Assembly: GCF_028368995.1 (NCBI RefSeq)
Contig: NZ_JAQNDL010000003.1
Location: 1,120,001-1,184,000 of the forward strand
DNA: 64,000 bases
Source of the DNA: Nannocystis bainbridge
GTDB lineage: Bacteria > Myxococcota_A > Polyangia > Nannocystales > Nannocystaceae
Reading direction: 5' to 3'
The translations under genes were made by a program, and so were the position numbers. The notes under the pieces were generated by a model that worked only from the letters and a program-made list of their open reading frames with translations, had not been told where the DNA came from and did no database searches. Below, in pieces: positions 31,065-40,669 of this stretch (positions are counted from its first letter, which is position 1; each line of letters begins with the position of its first letter).

Positions 31065-32897
31065 ATGAGCCAAAATTTCCACAACCTCCACGTCCATGCG
31101 CCGACGCAGCGGCAGCGCGAGCGGGTCGTCCGGGCCGTGCTCGCGTACGCGAAACAGGCGGGGTACGAACGGATCGCGCGGACCCGCGGTGCCGATCGGG
31201 TGATCCGCCTCGGCGGCAAGTCGCCCTGGCTCTCGCTCGAGGACGACGGCTACGAGGCCGCGGCGCTCGCCCAGGTGGTGTCGAAGGCGACGAAGCTGCC
31301 CGTCCTCGAGGCGTACTGTGAAGCGAGCGCGATCGTCCGGCTCGGCCTCCATGCGGATGGCAAGCCCGTGGGCGCGTGGGCCCGCGAGGGCGAGCGCAGG
31401 CCGGCGAAGAAGCACGTCGAGCCGCTGCTCGTGAAGGGCACGCCGACCGAGCTGGCGAAAGCGTTCGCCGACGGGCTCATCCAGATCTTCCCCGAGACGG
31501 CGCTCGCCGTCGCCGCGGAGCGGTTCGGCCTGTCCGTCGCGCAAATGTTCGGAGAGCGAGCGCTGCGCGGCACCACGATCGCGCTGCGGCGAAAGCAGGC
31601 CGCATGGCAGCCGCGTGACAAGACCGGCGACCCCGCGTTGCTCGTCGACTGGGGCAGCAACCGCGGCTGGGGCGTGCAGCACCTCGTCTTCGAGGGCGCG
31701 GTCTGCAAGCAATACCTGGAGGTCCGCTCCGACGGAGGCCCCGGGCGCGGCCTGACGATCCAGCTCTCGGGCAGCGCGATCGCGGAGGGCTTCATCGAGC
31801 TGCTCTCGTGCAAGAGCGACAGGCTCGAGCTCGTGCCCGCGGGGCCGCACGCCTGGAGCGACCCGAAGCTTGTGATCCCGCCGGGGCTCGTCGAGGAGCC
31901 CGACACGTTCTCGATGAGCCGGAGAGAAGCCGAGCGGGCCCGCGCCCTCGCCGGCAAGCGCAGTTGGCCCCTCCATATCGAGTACCGCACCCTGAAAGAA
32001 GGCAAGTGCGAGCTCGTCGCGGAGCTCGCGAGCGGTGGCGGGCGCACGTCCAACAGCCTCGAGCTCATGGTGCTATGGAAGCCGTGGCGACCGAGCCTCA
32101 CGCTCGGCAGCATCGACGACTACGCCCTCTTCGCCATGCATCGCAGCGAGCACGTCAGCGCGCACATCACCCTGCGTGGCTCGCTCGCCGAAGCGTGGGC
32201 GTGGGCCAGCCGGCACGTCGAGGCGTGGCGCACGGCCCACGGCGACGGGAACCTCCGCATCGAGCGTGATGGTGAGGTCGTCGTGCACGCGCGCGAGGAA
32301 GCGGGCGCCCCTCCCCTCGACCGAGTCCCTGAATTCATGCCCGGCCCGACGTCGCCGTTTCAGGTCGCCGGCGCGACCTACCTGTTCGGCACCTTCGGCT
32401 ACGCGCCATGGGCGATGGACCCTCGGGATCAGCTCGTCGTCCAGCTCATGCTCGCCGCGTACGACCGCGTGAACGATCACGCCCCCGACATCGCCCGGCT
32501 CACGGCGATCTGCGACGAGGCGATCCGCTGCGGCGCCGCCTACTCGGCGCTCCTCGAGCAGCATCAAAGCCGTCCGAACGACACGACGCGCTGGGAGGAC
32601 ATCACGCTCGGCGGGAACGATGCGCCGCTCAAGCTCGCGGCCTGGCACGAGACGCACATCCGAGGGATCGACCGCCGGATCTGGCTGTCGGCCGGACACG
32701 CCGCGCGGCTCGATCGCGCCAGGCTGCCCGACTACATCACGGTGACCGAGCTCGGCGGCGGCGTCCGCCTGGAGATGCCCGACGATCGCAGGCGCAGCGA
32801 GCTCGAGCCGCTCATCGCGGCCCTCGGCGCGCTCGTCCCGTGCGCGCCCGAGGCCGATCGATGGGCCGCCGAGCGCGCCTCCGAGCCGCAGCCCTGA
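31065..32897 (+). CDS. Hypothetical protein (610 aa)
   Basis: Long frame with natural composition; no motif recognised with confidence. Confidence 0.7.
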   Translation: MSQNFHNLHVHAPTQRQRERVVRAVLAYAKQAGYERIARTRGADRVIRLGGKSPWLSLEDDGYEAAALAQVVSKATKLPVLEAYCEASAIVRLGLHADGKPVGAWAREGERRPAKKHVEPLLVKGTPTELAKAFADGLIQIFPETALAVAAERFGLSVAQMFGERALRGTTIALRRKQAAWQPRDKTGDPALLVDWGSNRGWGVQHLVFEGAVCKQYLEVRSDGGPGRGLTIQLSGSAIAEGFIELLSCKSDRLELVPAGPHAWSDPKLVIPPGLVEEPDTFSMSRREAERARALAGKRSWPLHIEYRTLKEGKCELVAELASGGGRTSNSLELMVLWKPWRPSLTLGSIDDYALFAMHRSEHVSAHITLRGSLAEAWAWASRHVEAWRTAHGDGNLRIERDGEVVVHAREEAGAPPLDRVPEFMPGPTSPFQVAGATYLFGTFGYAPWAMDPRDQLVVQLMLAAYDRVNDHAPDIARLTAICDEAIRCGAAYSALLEQHQSRPNDTTRWEDITLGGNDAPLKLAAWHETHIRGIDRRIWLSAGHAARLDRARLPDYITVTELGGGVRLEMPDDRRRSELEPLIAALGALVPCAPEADRWAAERASEPQP

Positions 32898-33360
32898 ATA
32901 CGCCGAGATGACGACGTCGAGGCGCCGGGGACGGAGGAGCCCGGCCGATCGCGGGACTGCAATTCGCAGGGCCTGCTCGTCGCGCTCGCGTTCGCAATGG
33001 TGGGTCGACGGCGAACTCGGAACGAGCACGTATCTCCGCCACGCCTTCGAGCATTCCTCCGTCATTGATCATTCCCTGCGAAGGCCACGGCCAAAGATGG
33101 CCCGCTTGATCATTGAGAGACGCGAATCCCCAAGCGCGACTCGCCAGCGTCCGGCATCGATGGGCCGGCCCTGGCTGAGGCAGCCGCGGATCCCCGCGGG
33201 CACGTCGCGAGCTCCGCGGAAGCGCGCGGGCGTCGGCGCGCCGTGCCTGCCTGCGCGCTGGCGCGCCGCGGCGATGCGCGAAGAAAGCCGCGATCGACGG
33301 GACCCGCGGAGGTCAAGGACACGCGGCGTCCGAACGCGGGGCGCTCGAAAGGAAAATCCG

Positions 33361-34899
33361 ATGTCTGAAGTGATCCTCTCCAACCCGAGCAGCATCCAGG
33401 ACGAGGGACTGCGCCAGTTCGCCGACGCCGTGGCCGACGAGGTCATCCTCGCCGCGCACAAGGCCGTGGCCCACCACGCCGAGCCGAAGCGCTTCTTGCT
33501 CCCGACCGACCGACAGGCCCTCGAGCACAAGTTCGTCGCTCACCTGCGGGCCAAGCCGCTCGAGATCCAGAAGCGCGCCGCCGAGCGGGTGATGACGAGC
33601 ATCCTCGAGAAGAAGCTCGCGGGCCTCGCCGCGCCCGAATTCGCCGCCGCCAGGGCGCAGGTGGGCGCCAGGGCGCTGATGCTGCGCACGCTCGGCAGCG
33701 GCGACCTGCTGCTGCGCAAGGCCATGACACCCACCCAGCCGACCGCGCCCGCGCCGGTGCCCGTGAGCGCCCCCGAGCGGCTGGTGTTCCACCTCGTCTC
33801 CGTCAAGTGCATCGACGAGACCGATGGCTTCCTCGGCACCGAGTCGGGCACCGACGAGATCGCGCTGTCCGGCGCGATGGTCGACGCCGCCGGCAACACC
33901 GTCGCGATCCCGAAGATCGGCGTCGGCGGCTTCGGCGGGGACAGGGCCACCCGCACCTACGACCCGCCGCTCCTGCTCGGGTCGGTCGACTTCACCAAGG
34001 GCTCGCTGCCCCGGTCCTTCAACCTGCTCCTGACCCTGATCGAGGTCGACAACGGCGACCTGCCGCAGCTCGTCCAGACGATCTACGACGAGGTGAGCAA
34101 GCGGGTCCGCGAGGCCGCGAGCAAGGCCGCACAAGGGCTCGGCGGGTCGCTCGCCGACGCGGTCACCGGCGCGATCATGCAGGCCCTCGATCGGGTGTTC
34201 AAGTTCTTCAAGGATGTATGGGAGGACGACGTGTTCCCCGGCGCGGTCACCACCTTCACGTTCGCCGACGCGGGCGCCAGCTTCGGCGGTGCCGCCACGA
34301 GCGGGCCGCGATCGGTCGACTTCAAGGGCCACGGCGGCCACTACCGCGTGTGGTACAGCGCCACCCTCGAGCGGGCCGGCGACGCGGCGCTCCGCAACAA
34401 GGCGGTCGTGTACGAGCACGCGAACTTCGGCGGCCGCAGCCTGACGCTCGGGGTCGGCCGCCACGACGTCGCCAAGATCCAGGAGCTCGGCAACGACGCC
34501 GTCAGCTCGCTCAAGGTCGGCCCCGGGGTCCGCGTGATCCTCTACGAGCACGCCGGCTTCGGCGGCCCGGCGCGGGTCTACTCGGGGCCCGTCGCCCAGC
34601 TGAGCGACTTCAACGACCGCGTCTCGTCGGTGGTCATCGAGCCGATCGCCGTCACCCTGTTCCAGCACGGCGAGTACGGCGGCAGCGCGCAGAGCTTCCC
34701 GCTCGGTCGCCACGACGTCACCAGCCTCAAGCTCGGCAACGACCAGGCGTCCTCGCTGCTGGTGCCGCCCGGCTTCAAGGTCACCCTGTTCGAGAACAAG
34801 GGCTTCTCCGGGCGCAAGAAGGTCTTCCAGGCCGACGCTAACTACGTGGGCGACGACTTCAACGACATCGTCTCGAGCCTGGTCGTCGAGCTCGCGTGA
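33361..34899 (+). CDS. Beta/gamma-crystallin (Protein S-like) domain protein with uncharacterised N-terminal region
   Basis: Four Greek-key motifs: YEHANFGG..NDAVSSLKV, YEHAGFGG..NDRVSSVVI, FQHGEYGG..NDQASSLLV, FENKGFSG..NDIVSSLVV. ATG 33361 follows AAGGAA. Confidence 0.85.
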   Translation: MSEVILSNPSSIQDEGLRQFADAVADEVILAAHKAVAHHAEPKRFLLPTDRQALEHKFVAHLRAKPLEIQKRAAERVMTSILEKKLAGLAAPEFAAARAQVGARALMLRTLGSGDLLLRKAMTPTQPTAPAPVPVSAPERLVFHLVSVKCIDETDGFLGTESGTDEIALSGAMVDAAGNTVAIPKIGVGGFGGDRATRTYDPPLLLGSVDFTKGSLPRSFNLLLTLIEVDNGDLPQLVQTIYDEVSKRVREAASKAAQGLGGSLADAVTGAIMQALDRVFKFFKDVWEDDVFPGAVTTFTFADAGASFGGAATSGPRSVDFKGHGGHYRVWYSATLERAGDAALRNKAVVYEHANFGGRSLTLGVGRHDVAKIQELGNDAVSSLKVGPGVRVILYEHAGFGGPARVYSGPVAQLSDFNDRVSSVVIEPIAVTLFQHGEYGGSAQSFPLGRHDVTSLKLGNDQASSLLVPPGFKVTLFENKGFSGRKKVFQADANYVGDDFNDIVSSLVVELA

Positions 34900-35143
34900 A
34901 CTCGCGGCCGCGTCGCGACCTCGCGGTCGCGGCGCGGCTGCCTCGCGCTCATCCCGTCGGCTGGGGTCGGCTCGCGCGCTGCTGCGCAGGACCTCCGGCG
35001 GATCGCCGACAGGTCGTCCACCCGCGGCGCCGCGCCGACCCCAGCGAGCGGCGCAATTCCGCCGCTTCATCGACCTCGCCGGCCCGTCTTGCTCCCGCAT
35101 CTCGGTGCAGGGCCGGCGCCGCGATCTGGGATAGACTCGCGGC

Positions 35144-35785
35144 GTGCTTGACGACGACGTCGGACTGCTCGACGCCTGGAAGGCGGGCGACCGCAAGGCC
35201 GGGGCCGCGCTGTTCGAGCGGCACTACCCGAGCGTGTTGCGGTTCTTCCACAACAAGGCCGGGGAGCAGGGCAAGGACCTGATCCAGCGGACCTTCCTCC
35301 GCTGCCTCGAGGCGCGCGACCGGATCTTGCCTGGATCGAGCTTTCGCGCCTATCTGTTCGGCGTCGCCCGTAATGTGCTGCTCGAGCATTTCCGCGGCGT
35401 CAAGCGCGACGGCCAGCGCTTCGACGGCATGGTGACCACGATCCAGGACGTCTCGCCGCACCCGACCCCGAGCTCGATGCTGTCGCGCAAGCGCGAGGTC
35501 CGGCTCCTGCTCGCCGCTCTGCGACGGATCCCCATCGAGCTGCAGATGGCGCTCGAGCTGTTCTACTGGGAGGACATGTCCGCCGGCGAGATCGCCGGCG
35601 TGTTCGACCTGCCCGAGGGCACCATTCGCACCCGCCTGCGTCGCGCTCGCCAGCTGCTCGAGCGCGAGCTCGAGGCGATCGCCGCCTCGCCCGCGGAATT
35701 TCACAGCACCCTCACGGGCCTCGCCGACTGGGCCAAGCACGTGCGTGACGAGCTCGCGGGCGACAGAGGCGCGAGGGCGACATGA
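35144..35785 (+). CDS. ECF-type RNA polymerase sigma factor
   Basis: Region 2 (LFERHYPSVLRFF..DLIQRTFL..FRAYLFGVARN) and region 4 (LELFYWEDMSAGEIA..LPEGTIRTRLRRAR). GTG lies 6 nt after TAGACT, suggesting a leaderless transcript. Confidence 0.9.
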   Translation: MLDDDVGLLDAWKAGDRKAGAALFERHYPSVLRFFHNKAGEQGKDLIQRTFLRCLEARDRILPGSSFRAYLFGVARNVLLEHFRGVKRDGQRFDGMVTTIQDVSPHPTPSSMLSRKREVRLLLAALRRIPIELQMALELFYWEDMSAGEIAGVFDLPEGTIRTRLRRARQLLERELEAIAASPAEFHSTLTGLADWAKHVRDELAGDRGARAT

Positions 35786-36029
35786 CCCGAAGGACATCCG
35801 CTCGCCGGACCTCGGGCTGCCCATCCGTGCCGTGAACTTGCGCGGCGGGCGAATAGGCGCGACCGGGCTGCGCCGGCGTCGCGGCCGCGGAGCGTCGAAC
35901 CTGCCCTCGCGGCCATCCTTCCGGCGGCCGCAGATTACCTGCCCTCCGAGACATATTCTCGAGAGTCCGGCTGACGGCGAGCATGTCCATAACATGTCTT
36001 AAGGAACATGTACTATGATTCGCACACGC

Positions 36030-39000
36030 TCAATTCTCGAGCCGCGCGAGCCATGCGTCGACCGCCGCGCGCTCGGCCGCGAAGCCCTCGCCGAGCGCCG
36101 CGTACGCGGCCGCCACCTCGCGGGCCGACGCCACGGCCTCGGCCGGCGAGCGGCGCGCGCGTGCCTGGGCCAGGTGGAAGCGGACCGCCACGAAATCGGG
36201 ATGATCGTCATCGAACGTCGCCGCGTGCCGCTCGCGGGCGATCTGCAGCGCCGCCTCGGCCTCGGCCGTGCGGCCGCGGGCCAGCTCGAGCTCGCCCAGG
36301 GTCGCGAAGATCCCCGCGAGGTACGGGCTGTTCGCCTGGTGCGCGAGGAAGCCGTCGCGCGCGGCCACGAGCTCGCGCTCGGCCTCGGCCAGCGATCCAG
36401 CAGCCAGCAGCGCGCGCGCCAGGTGGCTGCGGACGATCGCCGCGAACGCAGAGTCGGCGCCGAACCCGGTGACGAACCCCGCCAGCGCCTCGCGCTGCCG
36501 GGCGACCGCCTCGTCGAGGCGACCGAGCCCCAGGAGCGCGTCCCCGAGGGCGCTCACCGCCACCAGCCGCGCCACTGGCTCCTCGCCCGCGCGGTCGATC
36601 GAGGCGCGCAGGTGTTCCAGCCCCGCGTCGACCCGCCCGAGCCCGATCGACGCCGCGCCGCGCATGCGTTCGGCGTCGGCCGCCGGGCCCGGGTGCGACG
36701 GGTGCGAAGCCACCGCGCTCGCCAGCGCGTCCGCCTCCGCGAAGCGGCGGTACTTGAGGTCGACCTCGACCGCCAGCAGTTGCGCCGACTGCACGTCGGG
36801 CGCCGCGGGCCCGAAGGTCGCAAGCAGCTGCGGGATCATCCGCGCCAGCATCGTCCGCACCTGCCCGGTTTCGCCGAGCTCCCAGCGGGCCTGCGCCAGC
36901 ATCATCCGCATCTGCCCCGCGATCGGGTGGTCCTCGCCGAGGCCGGCCTCGATCGCCGCCAGACCGGCGCCGAAGCGGGCCGCCGCGGTCGCCTGATCGC
37001 CGGCCTGCGCCGCCAGCCAGCCCTCATTGAACACCGTGATCGCGGCCGCCTGCGTCAGCCCGGCCGCGGCGGCCACCTCGGCCGCGCGGCCGAACGACGC
37101 GCGCGCCCCCTCGAGGTCGCCGCTGGCGAAGCGCACGATCGCCACGTTGAGCGCCCACAGCCACCGCGTCGGCGGCGGGTCGCCGGCGCGATCGATCAGC
37201 GCGTCGGCGACCTCGGCCCCGGCGAGCCCGAGCTCGGGGGCGCCGAGCAGCCGCCCGCGCACGAAGATCTGGCGCGCCGCGGCCTCGGCGGCGATGGCGT
37301 CGGCCCGCCCACGCAGGGCCGCGTGGAGCGCCGTCGCCAGCGAACCAGCCGCCTGCTCGGCCTCGCGGAGCTCCTGCTGCGCGCGCCCGAGCGCCAGCGC
37401 GGCCTCGGCGGTCAGCGGTTCGTGGCCCAGGCTCGCCGCCGCGCTCGTCACCGCCGCTGCGCCGGCCCGGGCCGCCGCGTAATGCCCGGTGAGTTGGTCC
37501 GCGGCCACGCGCTCGAGCGCCAGCTGCTGCGCGCGCACGGCCCGGGCGAGGCCTGTCTCTTCGGGCAGGGGAACCGTCGCCGTCAGGGCCTGCGCGTCGC
37601 CGCAGCCGGCCACCACGGCGAGGCCGTCGACCGCCGCCACAGCGTGGATCACCGTGTCGGCGTCGGCCGCCGCGAAGGCCCCCGCGAGCGCGTCGAGCCC
37701 GGCCAACCGGCGATCGAGGCACGCCATGCGCAGATCGAGGAGCCGGGCCGACTGATGACCTGACTGATGGGACAGGCACGCTTCGGCGCGCATCGCCGCC
37801 CACGCCTCGGCGTGGCGGTCGAGCCGCGGCGCGACCGCGGCCCACGTCGTCGCGCCCAGGGTCGGGATCGCCGCCGTCAGCCCCGCGCGCGCGGTCGCCC
37901 GCCGCGGCTCGCTCCACACCGCCGCCAGCTCGTCGGCCGCGCCGGTGCACGGCGCCTGACCTGACTCTTCGGACATGTGTGCCAGGGCGAAGCCGCCGCC
38001 GACCAGCAGCGCCGCCAACCCTGCCCCCGCGGCCAGGTTCCGCCGCCGTCGCTGGCGGACGCGGCTCAACTCGGTCAGCAGCGCCGCCATCGACGGCCAG
38101 CGGTCGGCTGGCCTGCGGGACATGCCCCGAAGGACAACTCGTTGCACCCACCGCGGCGCCATCCCCTCGGGCGGCGGCCGCACGCGGGCCGCGAGCACCT
38201 CGTCGACCAGCGCCGGCAGCGTGGCCCCGGCGAACGGCAGGCGGCCGAACAGCCCCTCGTAGAGCGCCACGCAGAACGAGTATTGATCGCTGCGTTCGTC
38301 GGCGACGCGGCCCTCGTGCTGCTCTGGAGCCATGTACGCCGGCGTGCCCATCACCGCCCCGGCCACCGTCATGCCCGCGTCGAGCAGCGCCCGCGGCGGC
38401 GCCTCGGCCTCGGGCAGCGCGGCCGCGGCGGTCGAGCGCGCCAGCCCGAAGTCGAGCACCGTGATCGCGCCGTCGTCGCCGCGCATCACGTTCTGCGGCT
38501 TGAAGTCGCGGTGCACCACCCCGGCCGCGTGCGCGGCGGCCAGCCCCGCGCCGGCCGCGGCGAACGCCGCCACCACGTCCCGCCAGCCGGGTCGACCGGC
38601 CAGCCACGCGTCGAGGCTCTGGCCCTTCACGAACGCCATCGCCACGTAGATCGAGTCGGCGTGTTCGCCGACCTCGTGCACCGTGACGAGGTTCGGGTGA
38701 CTCACGCGGGCCATCGCCTGCGCCTCGCGGAGCAGGCGCATGCGCGCCGCGGAGTCGTTGCCGACGGTGTCGCGGCGCAGCAGCTTGACCGCGATCTTGC
38801 GGTCGAGCTGGGCGTCGTAGGCTGCGTACACCACTCCCATCCCGCCCTCGCCGAGGCGCTCGATCACCGTGAAGCGGCCGATCCGCGCCGCGCTCACCGG
38901 CGCGCCGAACAGCTCCGCCATGATGGCGCCCTTGATCTGGTCCGACTCGACCCCGTCGATGTCGGGGCTCGGCAGCGGCCGCGAGCGTCGCAGCTCGGCC

Positions 39001-39200
39001 GAGCGTGGCGCCTCCGTCGCCAGCGAGCCGACCCACGTCGGCGACGGCTCGGTCCGGCCCAGGGTCGCGTCTGTCTCGCGCAGCGACGGCTCGGTCGCCG
39101 CCGGGATCGGGCGCGTCGAGGGCTCGCATTCGCGGGCCCGCGCTGCGCTCGCGGGGCCCATCGCCGTGTCGCGGAGCGGCGGCTCGGGGTCCTTCATCAT
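36030..39200 (-). CDS. Membrane Ser/Thr protein kinase with 4-Cys domain and TPR repeats (kinase 2)
   Basis: GEGGMGVV, IAVK, HRDFKPQN, DFG, GTPAYMAPEQ; TM after RRRR; LRMACLD domain; TPR-like helices. Paralog of 22004-25081. Confidence 0.93.
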   Translation of the reverse strand: MMKDPEPPLRDTAMGPASAARARECEPSTRPIPAATEPSLRETDATLGRTEPSPTWVGSLATEAPRSAELRRSRPLPSPDIDGVESDQIKGAIMAELFGAPVSAARIGRFTVIERLGEGGMGVVYAAYDAQLDRKIAVKLLRRDTVGNDSAARMRLLREAQAMARVSHPNLVTVHEVGEHADSIYVAMAFVKGQSLDAWLAGRPGWRDVVAAFAAAGAGLAAAHAAGVVHRDFKPQNVMRGDDGAITVLDFGLARSTAAAALPEAEAPPRALLDAGMTVAGAVMGTPAYMAPEQHEGRVADERSDQYSFCVALYEGLFGRLPFAGATLPALVDEVLAARVRPPPEGMAPRWVQRVVLRGMSRRPADRWPSMAALLTELSRVRQRRRRNLAAGAGLAALLVGGGFALAHMSEESGQAPCTGAADELAAVWSEPRRATARAGLTAAIPTLGATTWAAVAPRLDRHAEAWAAMRAEACLSHQSGHQSARLLDLRMACLDRRLAGLDALAGAFAAADADTVIHAVAAVDGLAVVAGCGDAQALTATVPLPEETGLARAVRAQQLALERVAADQLTGHYAAARAGAAAVTSAAASLGHEPLTAEAALALGRAQQELREAEQAAGSLATALHAALRGRADAIAAEAAARQIFVRGRLLGAPELGLAGAEVADALIDRAGDPPPTRWLWALNVAIVRFASGDLEGARASFGRAAEVAAAAGLTQAAAITVFNEGWLAAQAGDQATAAARFGAGLAAIEAGLGEDHPIAGQMRMMLAQARWELGETGQVRTMLARMIPQLLATFGPAAPDVQSAQLLAVEVDLKYRRFAEADALASAVASHPSHPGPAADAERMRGAASIGLGRVDAGLEHLRASIDRAGEEPVARLVAVSALGDALLGLGRLDEAVARQREALAGFVTGFGADSAFAAIVRSHLARALLAAGSLAEAERELVAARDGFLAHQANSPYLAGIFATLGELELARGRTAEAEAALQIARERHAATFDDDHPDFVAVRFHLAQARARRSPAEAVASAREVAAAYAALGEGFAAERAAVDAWLARLEN

Positions 39201-39321
39201 CGCCGTGGCGGCCAGCTTAACACGCCCCCTCGGCCGACCAGGGCGCCTTCGCTACGATTCACGAGCGGCGCGTCGCTGGCGAACCGCGGGCGATCGCGCC
39301 CGCGAAAATTTTCATGCGATC

Positions 39322-39350
39322 GCAATTGCCGGGACGCCCACGATCAACTC
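39322..39350 (+). promoter_or_regulatory. GCAATTG-N18-ACTC element upstream of ADYC gene 2
   Basis: GCAATTG-ccgggacgcccacgatca-ACTC, preceded by AAAATTTT, ending 36 nt before the ATG. Confidence 0.5.
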
Positions 39351-39386
39351 ATCGGTGCGAGGGGCCACGGCTCCTCGGAGACGACC

Positions 39387-40505
39387 ATGACGAACGCCCG
39401 CCGCCTCCTCCCGTTGCTCCTCCTCCCGCTCGTGATCGCGCCCGCCTGCGACGAAGACCCCGACACCGACCCGAACTTCGGCGAGCCGCTGCCCGAGGAC
39501 GTGTTCGAGTTCCGCGGCTGGGGCTACTCGGGCAGCACCGTCCAGCTCAACACCAACATCCTCAACGGAGCCTCGATCGACACCGTGCGCTTCGGCTTCC
39601 CGAGCAACTACGGCGCCCAGGTCGCATGGATCTACAGCGCGGCCCTCCAGGAGTTCCTCGACATCGAGACCGTCACCGTCATCGACGGCGGCGTCCAGGG
39701 TCATACCGAGACTGGCACGTTCGCCAGCACGCTGAGCTTCGACGGCTCGATCTGGTACTTCGCGGGCGCTGGCGTCGACGCCTACGCGGTCCTCGAGGAC
39801 GTGCGCTACGCCTCCGAGGTCGGGCTCGCCCACGAGGGTTCGAAGCTGATGACCAACCTCGACCCGAATCGCTTCGTCTACAAGTGGACCGCCCCGAACG
39901 CCCCCGCCGCCGGCACCAGGGTCGATCCGAAGACCGGATGGGGCGGCACGTTCGACGGCCTTCACACCTGCGCCACCGACGACAAGGGCGGCGTATGGTC
40001 GGTGATGTACCGCGGCATGCTCGTCGACGAGGCCACCGGCGACGTCACGAGCGCCTCCTGGGCCCCGCAGCAATACGCCTACATCGCCTGTCTCAGCGGG
40101 CGGATCGGCAAGACCTCGCTGTGGGGCTACGCGCCCGACAACCCGTCGGCCAACCGCCCCGACCTCACCCTCGCCGAATTCGAGGGCGCGCACCGCATGG
40201 TCGGCGCCGAGTACTGCGGCGACGGCCGCTCGTACACCCGCCCTGGCGAGGCCGTCACGCTGCGCGACAAGTGGAGCATCAACCAGCACCAGGGCGAAGC
40301 CACCAGCGAAGAGGCGGTGTGGACCGTGAACGGCGCCTTCTGCCTCGGCACCCCCCGCTGGGAGGCCTACAGCAGCGCGTCTTCCGTGGTGTGCAACAAC
40401 GGCAAGGTCATCCCGACCTGCACCACCGCCCCCGCCGCGGCGAACGCTTACAACGGCAACTCGACCGCCAAGTGGTGGGCCCGCAACGCGTTCTTCCCCG
40501 ATTGA
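39387..40505 (+). CDS. ADYC-domain lipoprotein 2
   Basis: Lipobox APAC-DED; IACLSGRIGKTSLWGYAP..AHRMVGAEYCGDGRSYTRPG..EAVWTVNGAFCL. Confidence 0.8.
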   Translation: MTNARRLLPLLLLPLVIAPACDEDPDTDPNFGEPLPEDVFEFRGWGYSGSTVQLNTNILNGASIDTVRFGFPSNYGAQVAWIYSAALQEFLDIETVTVIDGGVQGHTETGTFASTLSFDGSIWYFAGAGVDAYAVLEDVRYASEVGLAHEGSKLMTNLDPNRFVYKWTAPNAPAAGTRVDPKTGWGGTFDGLHTCATDDKGGVWSVMYRGMLVDEATGDVTSASWAPQQYAYIACLSGRIGKTSLWGYAPDNPSANRPDLTLAEFEGAHRMVGAEYCGDGRSYTRPGEAVTLRDKWSINQHQGEATSEEAVWTVNGAFCLGTPRWEAYSSASSVVCNNGKVIPTCTTAPAAANAYNGNSTAKWWARNAFFPD

Positions 40506-40669
40506 CGGCGACGCGCAGGCCACCGCATCCGCGCGCGGGAATTGGCGGCTGCCGCCGTGCATGTCGTCGAACACAATCTACGGCCGGCCATCGTGCTCGC
40601 CCCGCCGGGCAATCGCAGGTCACGCGCGCGGTCTACCGCTCGAGCTCGAGATCGGCGATGCTGCGGGCG

